Assembly (NCBI GenBank): GCA_002104945.1
Contig: MCFH01000016.1
Span: forward strand, 620,001-684,000
Source of the DNA: Piromyces finnis finn
Taxonomy: Eukaryota > Fungi > Neocallimastigomycota
Direction: 5' to 3'
Length of the DNA: 64,000 bases
Shown here one piece after another: positions 51,325-64,000 of this stretch; position 1 is the stretch's first letter, and every line of letters starts with the position of its first letter. The notes under the pieces were generated by a model. That model was not told the DNA's origin, searched no databases, and saw nothing but the letters and a program-made list of their open reading frames with translations. A program made the translations under genes and the position numbers.

Positions 51325-52872
51325 ATGGCTAATTCTGACTGGGCTGATCGTAAATATCCAGATACCATCTGTTTATTTGATGTTGATGGTACTTTAACTC
51401 CAGCTAGAAGAGTAAATATCTATCATTTTAATAAATAAATAATATATAAATTGATTTTTTTTTTTTTTAAAAAAAAAAGAGATATATATATGATGCTTTA
51501 AAAACACGAAAACCTATATTAATATAAATATCTAAAATTATTATTATTTTGTAAAATAGACTGTTTCTGACGAAATGATGAAAGTTCTTATTGAATTAAA
51601 AAAGAACGTTGTTATTGGTTTCGTTGGTGGTTCTGACTTAAGCAAGCAATTTGAACAACTTGGTCCAAATGGTAATTTGAAAACATGTAAAAGTTTAAAT
51701 AAACTATTAATACTAAAACTTTTTCTTTCTTTCTTTCTTTCTTTCTTTCTTTTTTTTTATGTGTCTGTTGATTAGCCGTCGAATTCTTTGATTTTGCTTT
51801 TGCTGAAAATGGTTTAACTGCTTTTAGAAAGAGTGTTCAACTTCCATCTCAAGTAATATTTTAATAAATTTGTATTAAAAATAATTAGTAAATTATAATA
51901 TATAGATATTTATAAAAATATTTTTAAATATATTTTATAAATTTAAAAAAAAATAGAGCTTTATTAAATGGATGGGTGAAGAAAAGTACCAAAAGCTTGT
52001 CAAATTCATTTTACATTACATTGCTGATTTAGATATTCCAGTAAAGAGGTAATGTCAAGAATACACATTATTATTAATATAATACAATATATTAAAATAA
52101 TAATTATTATTGTTTTAAAAAATATAGAGGTACTTTTGTCGAATTCAGAAACGGTATGATTAATGTTTCACCAATTGGTCGTAATTGCACGTATGTTTTT
52201 GATATTTTTTGAATTAAAAATATTAATTACTATTTTCAATTAACTATTATTTGTATTCATTCATTTCATAAATTTTTAATCTTTTTTTTTTTTATTATTA
52301 TATTTTTTATTTAAATTAATATTATAAAAAACAATATAATTAATTAGCCACCCAGAAAGAAACGAATTTGAAAAGTATGATAATGAACATCATATTCGTG
52401 AAAAGTTTGTTCAAGCCTTAAAGGAAAACTTCCCAGATTATGGTTTAACTTACTCCATCGGTGGTCAAATTTCCTTTGATGTTTTCCCAACTGGATGGGA
52501 CAAGTAAAACAATAATTTTTTCTTTAAATAAAATTAGATAAAATTTATAGTAAGTGAAACTTGTTATTAAATTAATTTTTATAAAATAAATATATATAGG
52601 ACTTTCTGCTTACAACATGTTGAAAAGGAAGGTTTCAAGAACATTCACTTCTTTGGTGACAAGACTATGAAGGTAAAATAATAATGATATTAAAAAAAGT
52701 TTTATAATCGTAGAAAGACTAATTTGATTTTTATTATTTATAACTGGTATTTTTATCTATATAGGGTGGTAATGATTATGAAATTTACACTTGTGAAAAG
52801 ACTGTTGGTCACAGTGTTAAGTGCCCAGAAGACACCATGAAGGAATTAAAGAAATTATTCATTGACAATTAA
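51325..52872 (+). CDS. SEC53: Phosphomannomutase (HAD family), multi-exon
   Basis: [106 protein letters not shown], ..LKKLFIDN* at 52872. Confidence 0.97.
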
Positions 52873-54503
52873 ATTAAATAAGTTTTTTAATTTTTTTTTT
52901 TTTAAGAAAAAACATAGTTAAATATAACTTTTTAATAATATATATGAAGTAATAAAATCATATATATTATTAATAATTTCAATTAAAGAGTAATATACCT
53001 TTGTATTCGTTAACTCATTTTTAAAAACAATTACACTACAATATAAATAAATAGAAAAAGAATAAATTTTAAAATATAGATAGTAATATAAATAAAAATT
53101 AATTAATCAAACAATTAAATAATAACAAAAATAACAACAATAACAAAAATGCTAATAAACCAAAATGAAGAAAATAAAATAAAATTAATTTAAAAAAAAA
53201 TATAAATAAATATTTGGAATTTCTAATACCATAATTTTAAAAGGAATGCAGAAGTATTGAGTTGAATATTTATTTTCATTTGATTATATTTTTATTTATT
53301 TTTATAAATTTTTTATTATTAATTAATAATTAAAAGATAAATTTATATTTTATAATCTATTACAGAGTTAAGATGTAGTTTCTTATAATAATATATATAT
53401 TAATTTCAAATGCCTAATAATATATATATATATATAATGAAAAAAAACTGTTAGATTTTTTTTTATTAATAATTTTTGAAAATGTAAAATAACTTATTGA
53501 CCTTTTTAAAAAATATTTTTGGTTATTTCTCATTATAAATGAAATATAAATTAATTATCATATATCAAATAAATTATAATATATTATTACAATATATCGT
53601 TATATATATACTTTTGTCATACTTTGAAAAATAATAATTAGATTTGTTAAACTTTACAATATTAAAAATCATATAATATAAAGTTTTTAGTATTAATATT
53701 TCTTTTCTTTTTTTTTTTTTAAAAGCTATTTTTTATATAATGAGAGACTCCTTTTTATATATTTTATGAATTAAAGTTAAAAAAAAGAAAAAAGGTATAT
53801 CTTTAAATGTAAATATTATAAAATATAAAATTTCTCTAAAAGGAAAATAAAAATACAATAGTATAAGAAATTTACTAAAATAAAATAAATTTAAATTCAA
53901 TCAACAATTTTTTATGTGTAATAAAATATAAGATAATTAAATGTATTAACAGAGTAATAAAAGATAATAAAAACATGAAAAATTTCAATTATTAATGTAC
54001 TCTTATAACACCAATATTTAAAAAATAATTTATAACCCTCAAAAACAATATAATTATTAAAATATGTTGATATATTTTAATAATGGTATAACTAAAACTT
54101 CAAATCATTAATTATTAAATTCATTAAACTATGTGAATAGAAATAAATTCAATAAATCAGAAATAAACAGTAAATTAACAAGAAGTATTATAAGAGAGAA
54201 AGGGAGAGAAAAAATATATAATATAAATCAGTTCAATTAAATTTTATATTTATTTTTATATTTTTTTTTAATAATCTTAACATTTATGTTGATTTATTAT
54301 AACTCATTTATATTAATAAATAAGTGTATATTAAGACTAACATATAAATATTTATTACCATTTATATAATTTTATAAAATAAACAATCAAATAGCTATTA
54401 GTCTATAAATGTTCTTTAATTAAAATAAATAAAAGTATTATTAATAAAAAATAAATATTTGAATATAAGTAGATTTATATATACATATATATAAAAAAAG
54501 AAA

Positions 54504-56380
54504 ATGTCTGATATGTCTGTAAAAGATTTACTTCATCAAACAGCACTTAATCAATTAAGTAATAAACGTACAACAGCTTACGGTATTGACCAAAAAATTA
54601 TTATTGATATTGGTAGTTTATATATCAAATTTGGACTTTCTGGTGAAGCTTCACCTCGTCAATGTCTTCCAAATAGAATATATGAAAACATAGAACATTG
54701 TCCTGAAGGTGTTTTAGTAGAAGGCGATGTAAATTTTAAATTATTATTATTATTATTATTATTATTTTATTTTATTTTATTTTTAGGATTAAAATAATTT
54801 ATACATTGACTATTGAAAATCTTAAAATTATTTATAATAATAATAATTATAGATAAAACCATTATATCAATTAGTATTAAATCCTTTTGAAATCCCAGAA
54901 ATTTATGAACGTTTTAAAGAACAAGTTAAATTAATATTTTATCGGTAAGGAATAATATAACAATTAAATAATTTTATAATTAATTTATTGTTATTATTTC
55001 AAAAACTTACATTTTAAATGCTTTATATGTATATTAATTATTATTAATAAAACCAATAAAAACATCAACAACAACAACAATAATAATAATCTGTATATTA
55101 TGAAATTCTTATAATAATATTTTAATAAATAATAGTTTTATGATGTCAGATTATAAACATAAAAGAAAAGTATTAATTGCTGAAAATTTATTATTACCTT
55201 TGGAATTAAAAAATATGATTGCAGCTGTATTATTTGAATACATGAACGTTCCATCAATTATATTTGCACCATCACAATTATTAGCTATTACATCAGTTGG
55301 TAAAAAAACTGGTTTAGTTGTTGATTGTGGTTATCTAGAAACTACTGTATTGCCTGTATGTAATTATATTAAAAATATATTATAAAATTTACTTGTATGA
55401 TCTTATTAAAGATAAAATAATAACAAATAAATCTATTGATAAATATTAATTATGATAGATATCAGATTATGGATGTTTACTTCATTCAATTAAAACTATG
55501 CCATGTGCAGGTCAAGATATATCAAATAACTTAAAAAAGCTAATTATAGAGAATGCTTCTATCAGTTTTGATGATGGAAAAATCTTCCCATTTTCAAAAT
55601 ATCCAAATTATTCTGATGAAATATTAACCAATTATATTATTGAAGATATTAAAGCATCTGTATGTTTTGTTGGTTTAAAACCAGATTCAACAGAAATTAT
55701 TTATGATGAAAAAACTCATCACATATCTTATCGTTCTTCAGCAAGCGAAATTGGTTACCCAATAGAAAATAGAAGAATTAAAATTCTTATTCCAGGATGG
55801 GTAAGGGAACGCGCTGCTGAAATCCTATTTGATGAAGAAAGAAATGAAGCCTCTGTTATATCTTTAATCATCGATTCAATAAAATCTGTAAGTTTATAAC
55901 TATTATAATATAGTAACAATAATAAAAATAATACACATTATAGTAATTATATAATAAACTTTATTAATAGACACCAACAGATATAAGAAAATCATTATTA
56001 CAAAATATATTATTAATTGGTGGAACTAGTATGCTACCTGGTTTCTGTTATAGAGTATCTCAAGAATTAAAAGAAAGATTAAAAGAGGATCATTTAGAAA
56101 ATTTAGTTAAAGAGGTAACAATTATTAGATCGAAATTCCCTGCTAATACTGCAACTTGGATTGGAGGTGAGTTTTCCTATAAAAAAAATATATATATGAA
56201 AAATATATATATTTGTAAAAACTAAAATATTTAAAATTTTATTAAAAAAATAAAGGTTCCATATTAGGTTCATTAAAATATGAAGGCCAAGAAGTAACAC
56301 TACAACAGTGGAATGAAACTCATAAAGTTCCAGATTGGTCAAATTATTCAATACTAAATGAAGAAGAAAATCAAATATAG
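54504..56380 (+). CDS. ARP10: Actin-related protein 10 (dynactin pointed-end Arp11), multi-exon
   Basis: IIIDIGSLYIKFGLSGEASPR, KVLIAENLLLP, TGLVVDCGYLETTVLPV, IPGWVRERAAEILF, DIRKSLLQNILLIGGTSMLPGF, ATWIGGSILGSL, KVPDWS..QI*. This divergent actin-fold pattern is typical of ACTR10. Confidence 0.88.
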
Positions 56381-56851
56381 AATTAATATCTTTAAAAAAA
56401 AATGTACAAATTAACAAATTAAAAAATATAAATTATATATAATTATTATTCATTTCTTATATCATTTTATCATTTTTATTAATATTAATGTTATATTTAT
56501 AGAAATAATATTATTAATAAAGATGTTATTTAGTTAATAAAACAAAAAACTAGTAATAATAATAGATGATAATTTTAACAACAATAAAAATCATAAAATT
56601 ATCAAATTTTTTTAATATGATAAAATGTAATATATTAAATTTAATATAAAATAATTAAATAAATAACCAAAAGCATATAATAATAACAACAATAATAATT
56701 TATTTATTTATTTTTAATAATTATATATACATTTAAAACCACTTTTTTTTTTAAAAAAATGAAAAATAATTTAACATATTATTTTATATTGTATAATAAT
56801 TGTTAATTAGATTAATTAACTATTGATTTTTATTAAATTATTTTCCTAAAT

Positions 56852-59800
56852 TTATGATGATTCTATTTTATTATTCTTATTACATTCAATAAACTCTTGA
56901 ATAACATTAGCAATAGTATTGGCTTCTATTGTATTTAAGACATATTTTTTAGTTTTATCACCGGAATCAATAACAATCATAATACAATTTTGAGAAGGAC
57001 TACAACTAGTAATACTTTTGAAATCATGAGATACTATTGGAACACGACTATTGCAAGATAAAAGATTAATACCTTTATCATTAACAGCTAACCAACATTT
57101 GGTTGGTAATTCATCTGTAAAGTTTTGCTATAGAAATAAATTAATAAATATTAGTTTTACATTAAATATAGTTATAATTAAATATTTATTGATTATGTAA
57201 ATACAAAATATTTACAGTAATGTTGAATATAGATGAACCAAATAAATTCCAACTTCTTAAGAAGAACATAAATACAGAATCCAAATCTTCACCAACTAAA
57301 CCAGATAATTTTTTATATTCTAATTTGGCAATTTCGCAAATTTCACGACACCATAAAGAACATGGAACAATTTTCTGCATAATATCTTTAAAGCTGATAA
57401 TAATAATAACAAAAAATAAATAAATAAATTTAATATTAATATTAAATTTATAATTTATTATTTTTAATCAATATTCTAATTATTGATTTATATACATACT
57501 CAATGTTACAATTTTCTTTGTAATCACTATATTCAAATTGAGTTTGAAGTGCCATCAAGAAGGCACCTTCAGGGATTGTAAGTGGATATTTTCCTTTAAT
57601 AACTTCTTCCAATATCTATTATATCAAAAAGAATTGATTAATATATATATATATATAATAATATATATAATACATTAATTTTAATTAACAATAGTAATTC
57701 TCCATACTTGACATTTAATTAAATTTTCTTCGTAACTGTTATCACTTGGTTTTAGAGAATCAAAGAATAAGTGCTTTTTGAATACGATTCTTAATTCATT
57801 ATTAGTGACTGCATCACAATCACCAAATTCATTTTCCCATTTGTAGAGTAAATCACCGATCTTTTCATTATTATTCATTTTTCTCTCTTTATGTATTTTT
57901 GTAAAATAATGTGTAATTAAAGTTTTTAGCATTATAAATATATATATGTATTAATAATATTAATACATAAATAATTTTACCATTATGACCATAAGTTTCA
58001 AATAATGTAAAACCGTTAATATTCTTTAATTCAGGTCTTTGCTTTAAGATTTCTATTATTCAAATAATTAAAAGAAAGAAACTTAATTTTTATCCTAATT
58101 TTATGTTAATAGTATATATTTAACCTTTTTATTTATATACTTACTAACGATATCTTGTACTGTCATTGATGGTTCTACCATAACAGCTTTGAATGTACCA
58201 TCCATGAAATAAACTCTGATTCTTGGGAATGTTAATCTCTTTTGAATTTAAAATATATATATTTAAATATATATTTAAATTTCATAGTTATATATAATTA
58301 TCAATATTTTTTATTTTCAATTGTTTTTTTTTTAGAATTAATTAATAATAGTAAAATAAAGTAAAAATTTACTCTTATAGCATCAATTTCACTATTAGAT
58401 GGTGGATATATTCTTGGTATTGTTTTTGGCTTAAGTAATTCCTTATAACATTTTTTTGCTCTTTCATTTTCCATTAATCTCTTGTGTTTTGCCTTATTAT
58501 CTATCACTCTATACCTGTTTTTTTTTTTTAAATTATTATTATTAACCTTGTCTATAAATAGTATAATTATATAATTATATAATTACATTATTTATAATAA
58601 TAAGAAAAAATAAATAAAATGATATATACAAACGTAAATGTGCTTTTAAGTAATTCAGAACTTCTGGTGTTGGTGGAAGAATAATACCAATAATTATGTA
58701 GAGAAATTCCCATAAACTTAAGACGGCTTTACTAATTTTATTATAATATATTTATTTTTATGTTTGATTATATATTTAAAATTTAACATTATAATTTTTA
58801 ATATGTAATATTTTATTTACCCATCTTTATCTGGACAATTTGATGTTAATTTAATTAACTGCATATAAATTTCATCACATATAATTGGTGATTCCATTGC
58901 AGCGGAAATGGTATTTTGAATGATGGTGTTTGGCTTTTCATTAGAAGAAAATTGTGATATAATACCAGAATATAATAATAAATCTTTTTTTTTATTTATT
59001 TATTTTTATATAATAAATATATAATTAACATTTATTTGATGATATAATAATATTTAATTTTTATATTTTTACTATTGTATATCGTAGTTGCTTTTTGATC
59101 ATCTTCTGGATTTTCAATATTTGTAATAGAATTTGTAATACGAGTCTATTAAAAAATAGTATTTTAATTATTAATTTTATATATTAACTATGATTATTTG
59201 AGTATTATTAATATTTAATACTTTTGAAAAGTTCCAATCTGAATCACAATAGCTATCTGCAGATACATTAAAGTTAGCTTTTCCTTTCATAGTCATTGTA
59301 ATAGTACTGCGCATTAATGTTGTTGTTTTTGTACGTGAAATTGAATCTGGACCTGGTAATCTTAAAAGTTTCTTTTCTAATAAAGTAGCTTTAGATTTGT
59401 CTACATCTTTCTTTAGCATACCAATATCAATATTTAAGTCGCCTTTATCTTTGTTCTATTTTAAAAAAAACATGATATATATAATTAATATATTATGTTG
59501 ATATATTCTTAATATATAATATATATATATACCTTTTTATCTATTTGATTCCATGAATAATCCTTTAATAATGTTGAAATTTCTTCACTCTATTTTTATA
59601 AATATTTTTATTTTTTTTTTTTAAAAGTAATGGAATTAATACTTAATGAATTATTATAATATTTCAATATCTTTAATTTAATATATTTACATTTGGACTT
59701 ATGAAAGAATATTCTTCTGTTTTATTTTTATAATCATCACTTATATCATCATCTTGTTTATTTTTGTTAATAATTTTTATTGATATAACATTTTTTTCTG

Positions 59801-62800
59801 GAAGTTCCCAACCTTGAATATCACTATATTTAAATGTCATAAAGGCATTCTGATATTTTTAATGAAAAATAGTAATATATAATATAAAATATAAAAATAT
59901 TAATAATATATATAAATTAACACAAGCATATATATATAAGCAAAAATTTATTTACCTTTGTTTTTGGAATAATGAAATCTAACTTGGAGTTTGATATAGA
60001 TAATTGAATATTTTCACTGTAACTCCAGAAACCTTTGTACTGTATTCATATATATGGATAATAATATTATTTTAATATCAAATACTAAACTATAGTACAT
60101 ATATAAGATTCTTTGTTATATTATATAATAATCATCAATTACTTTGACATTGAAGACTGTTGATCCATAATCATTTAAATGCTTAATTGCTTCAAATAAC
60201 AAGACATTTGCTTCCATACTCGTTTTTCCAGTTAATTTCTGATATTGTTCAGCAATACCAGTTTCCCATTCTTCTCTTGACAATTTTGAAATAACCGAAC
60301 TTGAAAGATATTCTTCAATAACACTTTATTTATAATATTTTACATAATATATTTATATTGAATAATGAAAAATAATTATTATTAAGACATTACATTTAAT
60401 AAAATTTTTAATATTCAATTATAATTTTGGAGTATTACATTTTTTTCATATTTTCTTGTGAATAGTCACCATATTGTTGTTGAGCCTTTAATGCTATTAT
60501 TTCTTGATTACTAGCTGGTGGTATATTATACCATCCATGTTTAATATTTTCTAATGCCTATATTATTTATATTTTTAAATTATTATTAATTTAATTTTAT
60601 AATAATAATAATTAATATTTATATTTTAATATTGACCTGATAGGTGATTAATTCATGTTCTACAAGATTAGAAATATTTTCTTGTGGATTTCTGAATATT
60701 CTCTTCTTTAATAAAACTTTACAACAAAATACTATTTATTTTTCATAAAAGATATTATATATTTGTATTATTATATAAATATATTCAAGAATGAATTTTA
60801 TTTTTATAAAATTCTTACGTTGGTTTAAAACATTGCTTTTTTCAGTGAATTGTGGATTCATTTTTAATTCATTATAAATGCTTGAATTATCATTTTCGTT
60901 TTTATTTAAACTCTCCCATTCAGCAATTATATCAGAAATATATTCTGTACCCTTTATAAATTTTAATACTTAAAAAAATAAAAATATATATTTTAAATAA
61001 AAATAAATCAAAATTTTAAATTTAGAAATAACAAATAAAATATTGTTTTCTCAATATAAAAAATATAATAATATAAAATAATGAATTATTATTGATAAAT
61101 ACCACTATCTTGATGGCTCGAATAATATAATGACCAACCATTTACATCTTTAATATTATTCATCTTTAAAATTTCTTTAATTACATCGGATGATACTGAT
61201 GTATTATCTAATTCAACTGTATTTTTAGTTTTGTTCATAAGATTAACTTCAAATGATATTTTTTGTTTATTCTATATTATATAAATTAATATATAAATAA
61301 TAATAGTTTTTAATAATTTTTATATTCATATATACATACTCTAATCATGTAAATTTCGAATACTGATGGTGGATATTTTTTACAACCATTCATATTTAAT
61401 GATTTCATGTTAGATTCAATAAGTGATGCGAAATAATGAATTGATTTTTTATTTTCATCTTTATTTATGTTCAAATAATAAGTTATAAAATAAAAAATTA
61501 ATATATTATTATAGAAAAAATATATAAATAAGATAATTTATCTATATTAATACCATTAGCATTTTCGTTGTCTTTAATAGCTCTCTTAAGGAATGCATTA
61601 AAGTATTTTGAGAATGATTTACTTGGTGTAAACGAATTTGCAACTGTAGCTAAAAATACCCAACCATTATATTCAATATCTGTCCAACTAATATAATATA
61701 AAATAGTTATTAAATATTTGATTAAATAGAAACATATTTAAAAACATAATTATTACTTTTTTGGTGGTTTTTCCGGACATGTTATTTGTTTACAAATTTG
61801 AACTAAAATTTCATCACGAATATCTGGATTTTCAATACCAGTACGAATAATTGTGAGAATAGAAGAAAGATTTTCATCAAGTTTCTTTGGGTTATTTTCA
61901 AGAATCTTTTGAAGATGTTTGAATAATTCTACAGATAAAGCAGCGTATCGTTCATATCCTTTACCAAATTGCGTAACGCTATTACTAATTGGATTCTATT
62001 TTTGAAATAAATTAGTCTCTATTATTTAATATATTTTATTTATATTATTAATTATTATTATTATTATTGATATTTAAGTTATTACTTTAGTGTAGCATAA
62101 CATTTCATCCCATTCCATTTTAATAGATTTTCCTCTAAATGTTCCTATATATTTTGATTGAATCTAATTTATAAAATATATAATAAATTATTTTATTAAT
62201 TTAATATTTCAATTATTTAATAATATATTTATAGTATTTACTTCAAAATTCTTTTCAGCATATGTTTTCATTGAATATTCTTCTGAATAATAATCAATTT
62301 CAACCTTTTCTTCTTGTTGCTATTTGTTTTTATTATAATAAATAATATAGGTTAATCATAATTATAATATTTATTTTTGATGTATTATCAATAAATATAG
62401 AATACCATAGCCCAAATTGGGATTTTTGGAACTTGATAATTAAATTCTACTTCTTCTTCAACTTCTTCAACCTTTTCAGGTTCTGGCTCTGGTTGAGCTA
62501 AATTCATTAATTCTTCTGGAATAACTTCCTCCACCTTTTCTTCTTTTGCAGCCGCCGCAGTCTGTTCTTTTTTTTCTTTTTCTTTTTTATCTTCTTCAAA
62601 AACTTCATTGAATAAATTATCAAGATCTTCAAACATATTATTAATAACAGCATCAGCTTTACTAGCAGCATTAGCATCTTTAATATCACCTTCAAATGCA
62701 TCTAAGAAAGAAAACAAGTCATCCACACCTCCTGGCTTCTTTGGAGAAACAGGTGTTGCATCTTCATTATTGACAGTCTTTTTTGGAGTTGCAACAGGCT

Positions 62801-64000
62801 TTGATTTAATTTCAACTTTTTTAGAAGTGGCAGTTGTGTCTGGTCCCTATTATTAATATAATAATACAATAAGAATTTATTTATTATTTTTATGATAAAT
62901 AATATATATATTAAAAAATAAAATATATTTTTAAAATATTTAAGAATTATAATACCTTTTGTAATTTCATTTGAATATTCTTTAACTATTATATATTATT
63001 ATAAAATAATTAATAAAAAATGTTTAAATCTATTTATTAAAATAATTAGTAAGTATATACTTCTTCTTCTTTTTCCTTTTCATTTTCTGTAATATCTTGT
63101 TGTTTTTGTTTTCTTTCTTCTTCTTCTTGCTTTTTTCTAAGTTGTCGGTAATATGATCTTACAAACCAACCTCTTGCAACTTTTTTTAATTAATGATAGA
63201 ATAAATAAAATTTGTTTTTTTTATTAAACTATATAAAATAATATAAATATATATACCAGCTTGAATTTTAATAATTGCTTCCTTTTGCTTCTTATACTTT
63301 TCTTTGTAAATGTACATCTTAATATCTATAATAATAAAATATAATTAAGAAAATTATATTTACAATTCTTTATAAAAATATTATCATTAATTTTATTTAC
63401 TTCTGTTTAGAACTTCGGTTGCCTTCTTTATCTTAGAATATTTCTTTCTATAAATATAACCTTTAACAATTTTTTGAATGCATACAATTTTTTCAGCAAT
63501 TATTTGTTTATAAAGATCTTGTACTTTTGAATACTTATTATATATAATATGAATTATTTAAAAATTATTAAAAATAGAAGTTGATTTAAATCAAAATAAT
63601 AATAATTATTAAATATTACAGCATCTTGTTTTAAGAAAATCTTTGTAGAACCTGTTTGCCACTCTGAATCTTTTATACCTGATTTTTTTATAATTAAAAT
63701 TGAATTTGCTTTATTATCATCAGTACTTTCTAATCCACAGATACAACGGAATCTTTATGTAAAAAATTTTTTAAATATGTAATATTTAATAAAATATATA
63801 ATATTTTTCAAAAAAATATTTTATATAAAATATAAATATACTTTTTAAAGAAGTCATCAAATGTAATACGCATTGGAAAACTAAATTATAAATGTATATA
63901 TCATAATAGAAATATTAATTATTTAATAGTTATATTTTTTGGATAAATAGTGATTAAAATTACCCAGCTTTTCTAATTCTTATAGTATCAAGCATACCAG
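56852..64000 (-). CDS. Unconventional myosin, 3' part: end of motor, IQ motifs, coiled/charged segment, MyTH4-FERM-MyTH4-FERM tail (class VII/XXII type); 5' end outside the window
   Basis: GMLDTIRIRKAG|FPMRITFDDF, WQTGSTKIFLK, IQ motifs (CIQKIVKGYIYRKKY; KIQA..ARGWFVR), MyTH4-1 (IRDEILVQICKQIT; GWVFLATVANSFTPSKSFSKYF; YPPSVFEI), FERM-1 (LLKKRIF; LNDYGSTVFNVK), MyTH4-2 (ICDEIYMQLIKLTSN; LWEFLYIIIG..YLKAHL; RIYPPSNSEIDA), FERM-2 (VYFMDGTFKAV; IVFKKHLFF; CWLAVNDKGINLL), stop at 56852-56854. Many small GT-AG introns. Confidence 0.88.

Noticed and set aside
288-64000. Possible functional cluster (ubiquitin-like: DDI1, DSC3; cytoskeletal: ARP10, myosin)
   Set aside because: The genes are unrelated housekeeping loci in mixed orientation with no shared motifs or pathway; no biosynthetic or defence cluster is supported.

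Overview
This is eukaryotic, extremely AT-rich, intron-dense genomic DNA. It is most consistent with an anaerobic gut fungus (Neocallimastigomycota), inferred from base composition, a secreted S8 protease with CBM18 domains, and a rumen-bacterial-type GH3. I can reconstruct 17 protein-coding genes by hand, in order: DDI1(-), ESF1(-), APC10(+), SGF29(+), S8 protease-CBM18(+), PIG-Y-domain protein(+), MDM35(-), TRS20/TRAPPC2(+), a Sec2/Rabin8-C-terminal-domain coiled-coil protein(-), an unknown protein with basic/SxIF repeats(-) that joins two track ORFs across a phase-1 intron, a domain-permuted GH3 beta-glucosidase(-), pantoate-beta-alanine ligase(+), CCDC174-like(-), DSC3(-), phosphomannomutase(+), ARP10(+), and the 3' part of a tandem MyTH4-FERM myosin(-) that runs off the window edge. 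There is also an orphan presequence-like ORF/exon upstream of PMM and several microsatellites. No CRISPR array, tRNA, rRNA or recognisable transposon was seen. Best leads: a possible organelle-targeted PMM isoform, the unknown SxIF-repeat protein, the Myo22-type myosin, the horizontally acquired permuted GH3, and the Sec2-like protein lacking a recognisable GEF motif. Exon boundaries were read manually and no database searches were run.
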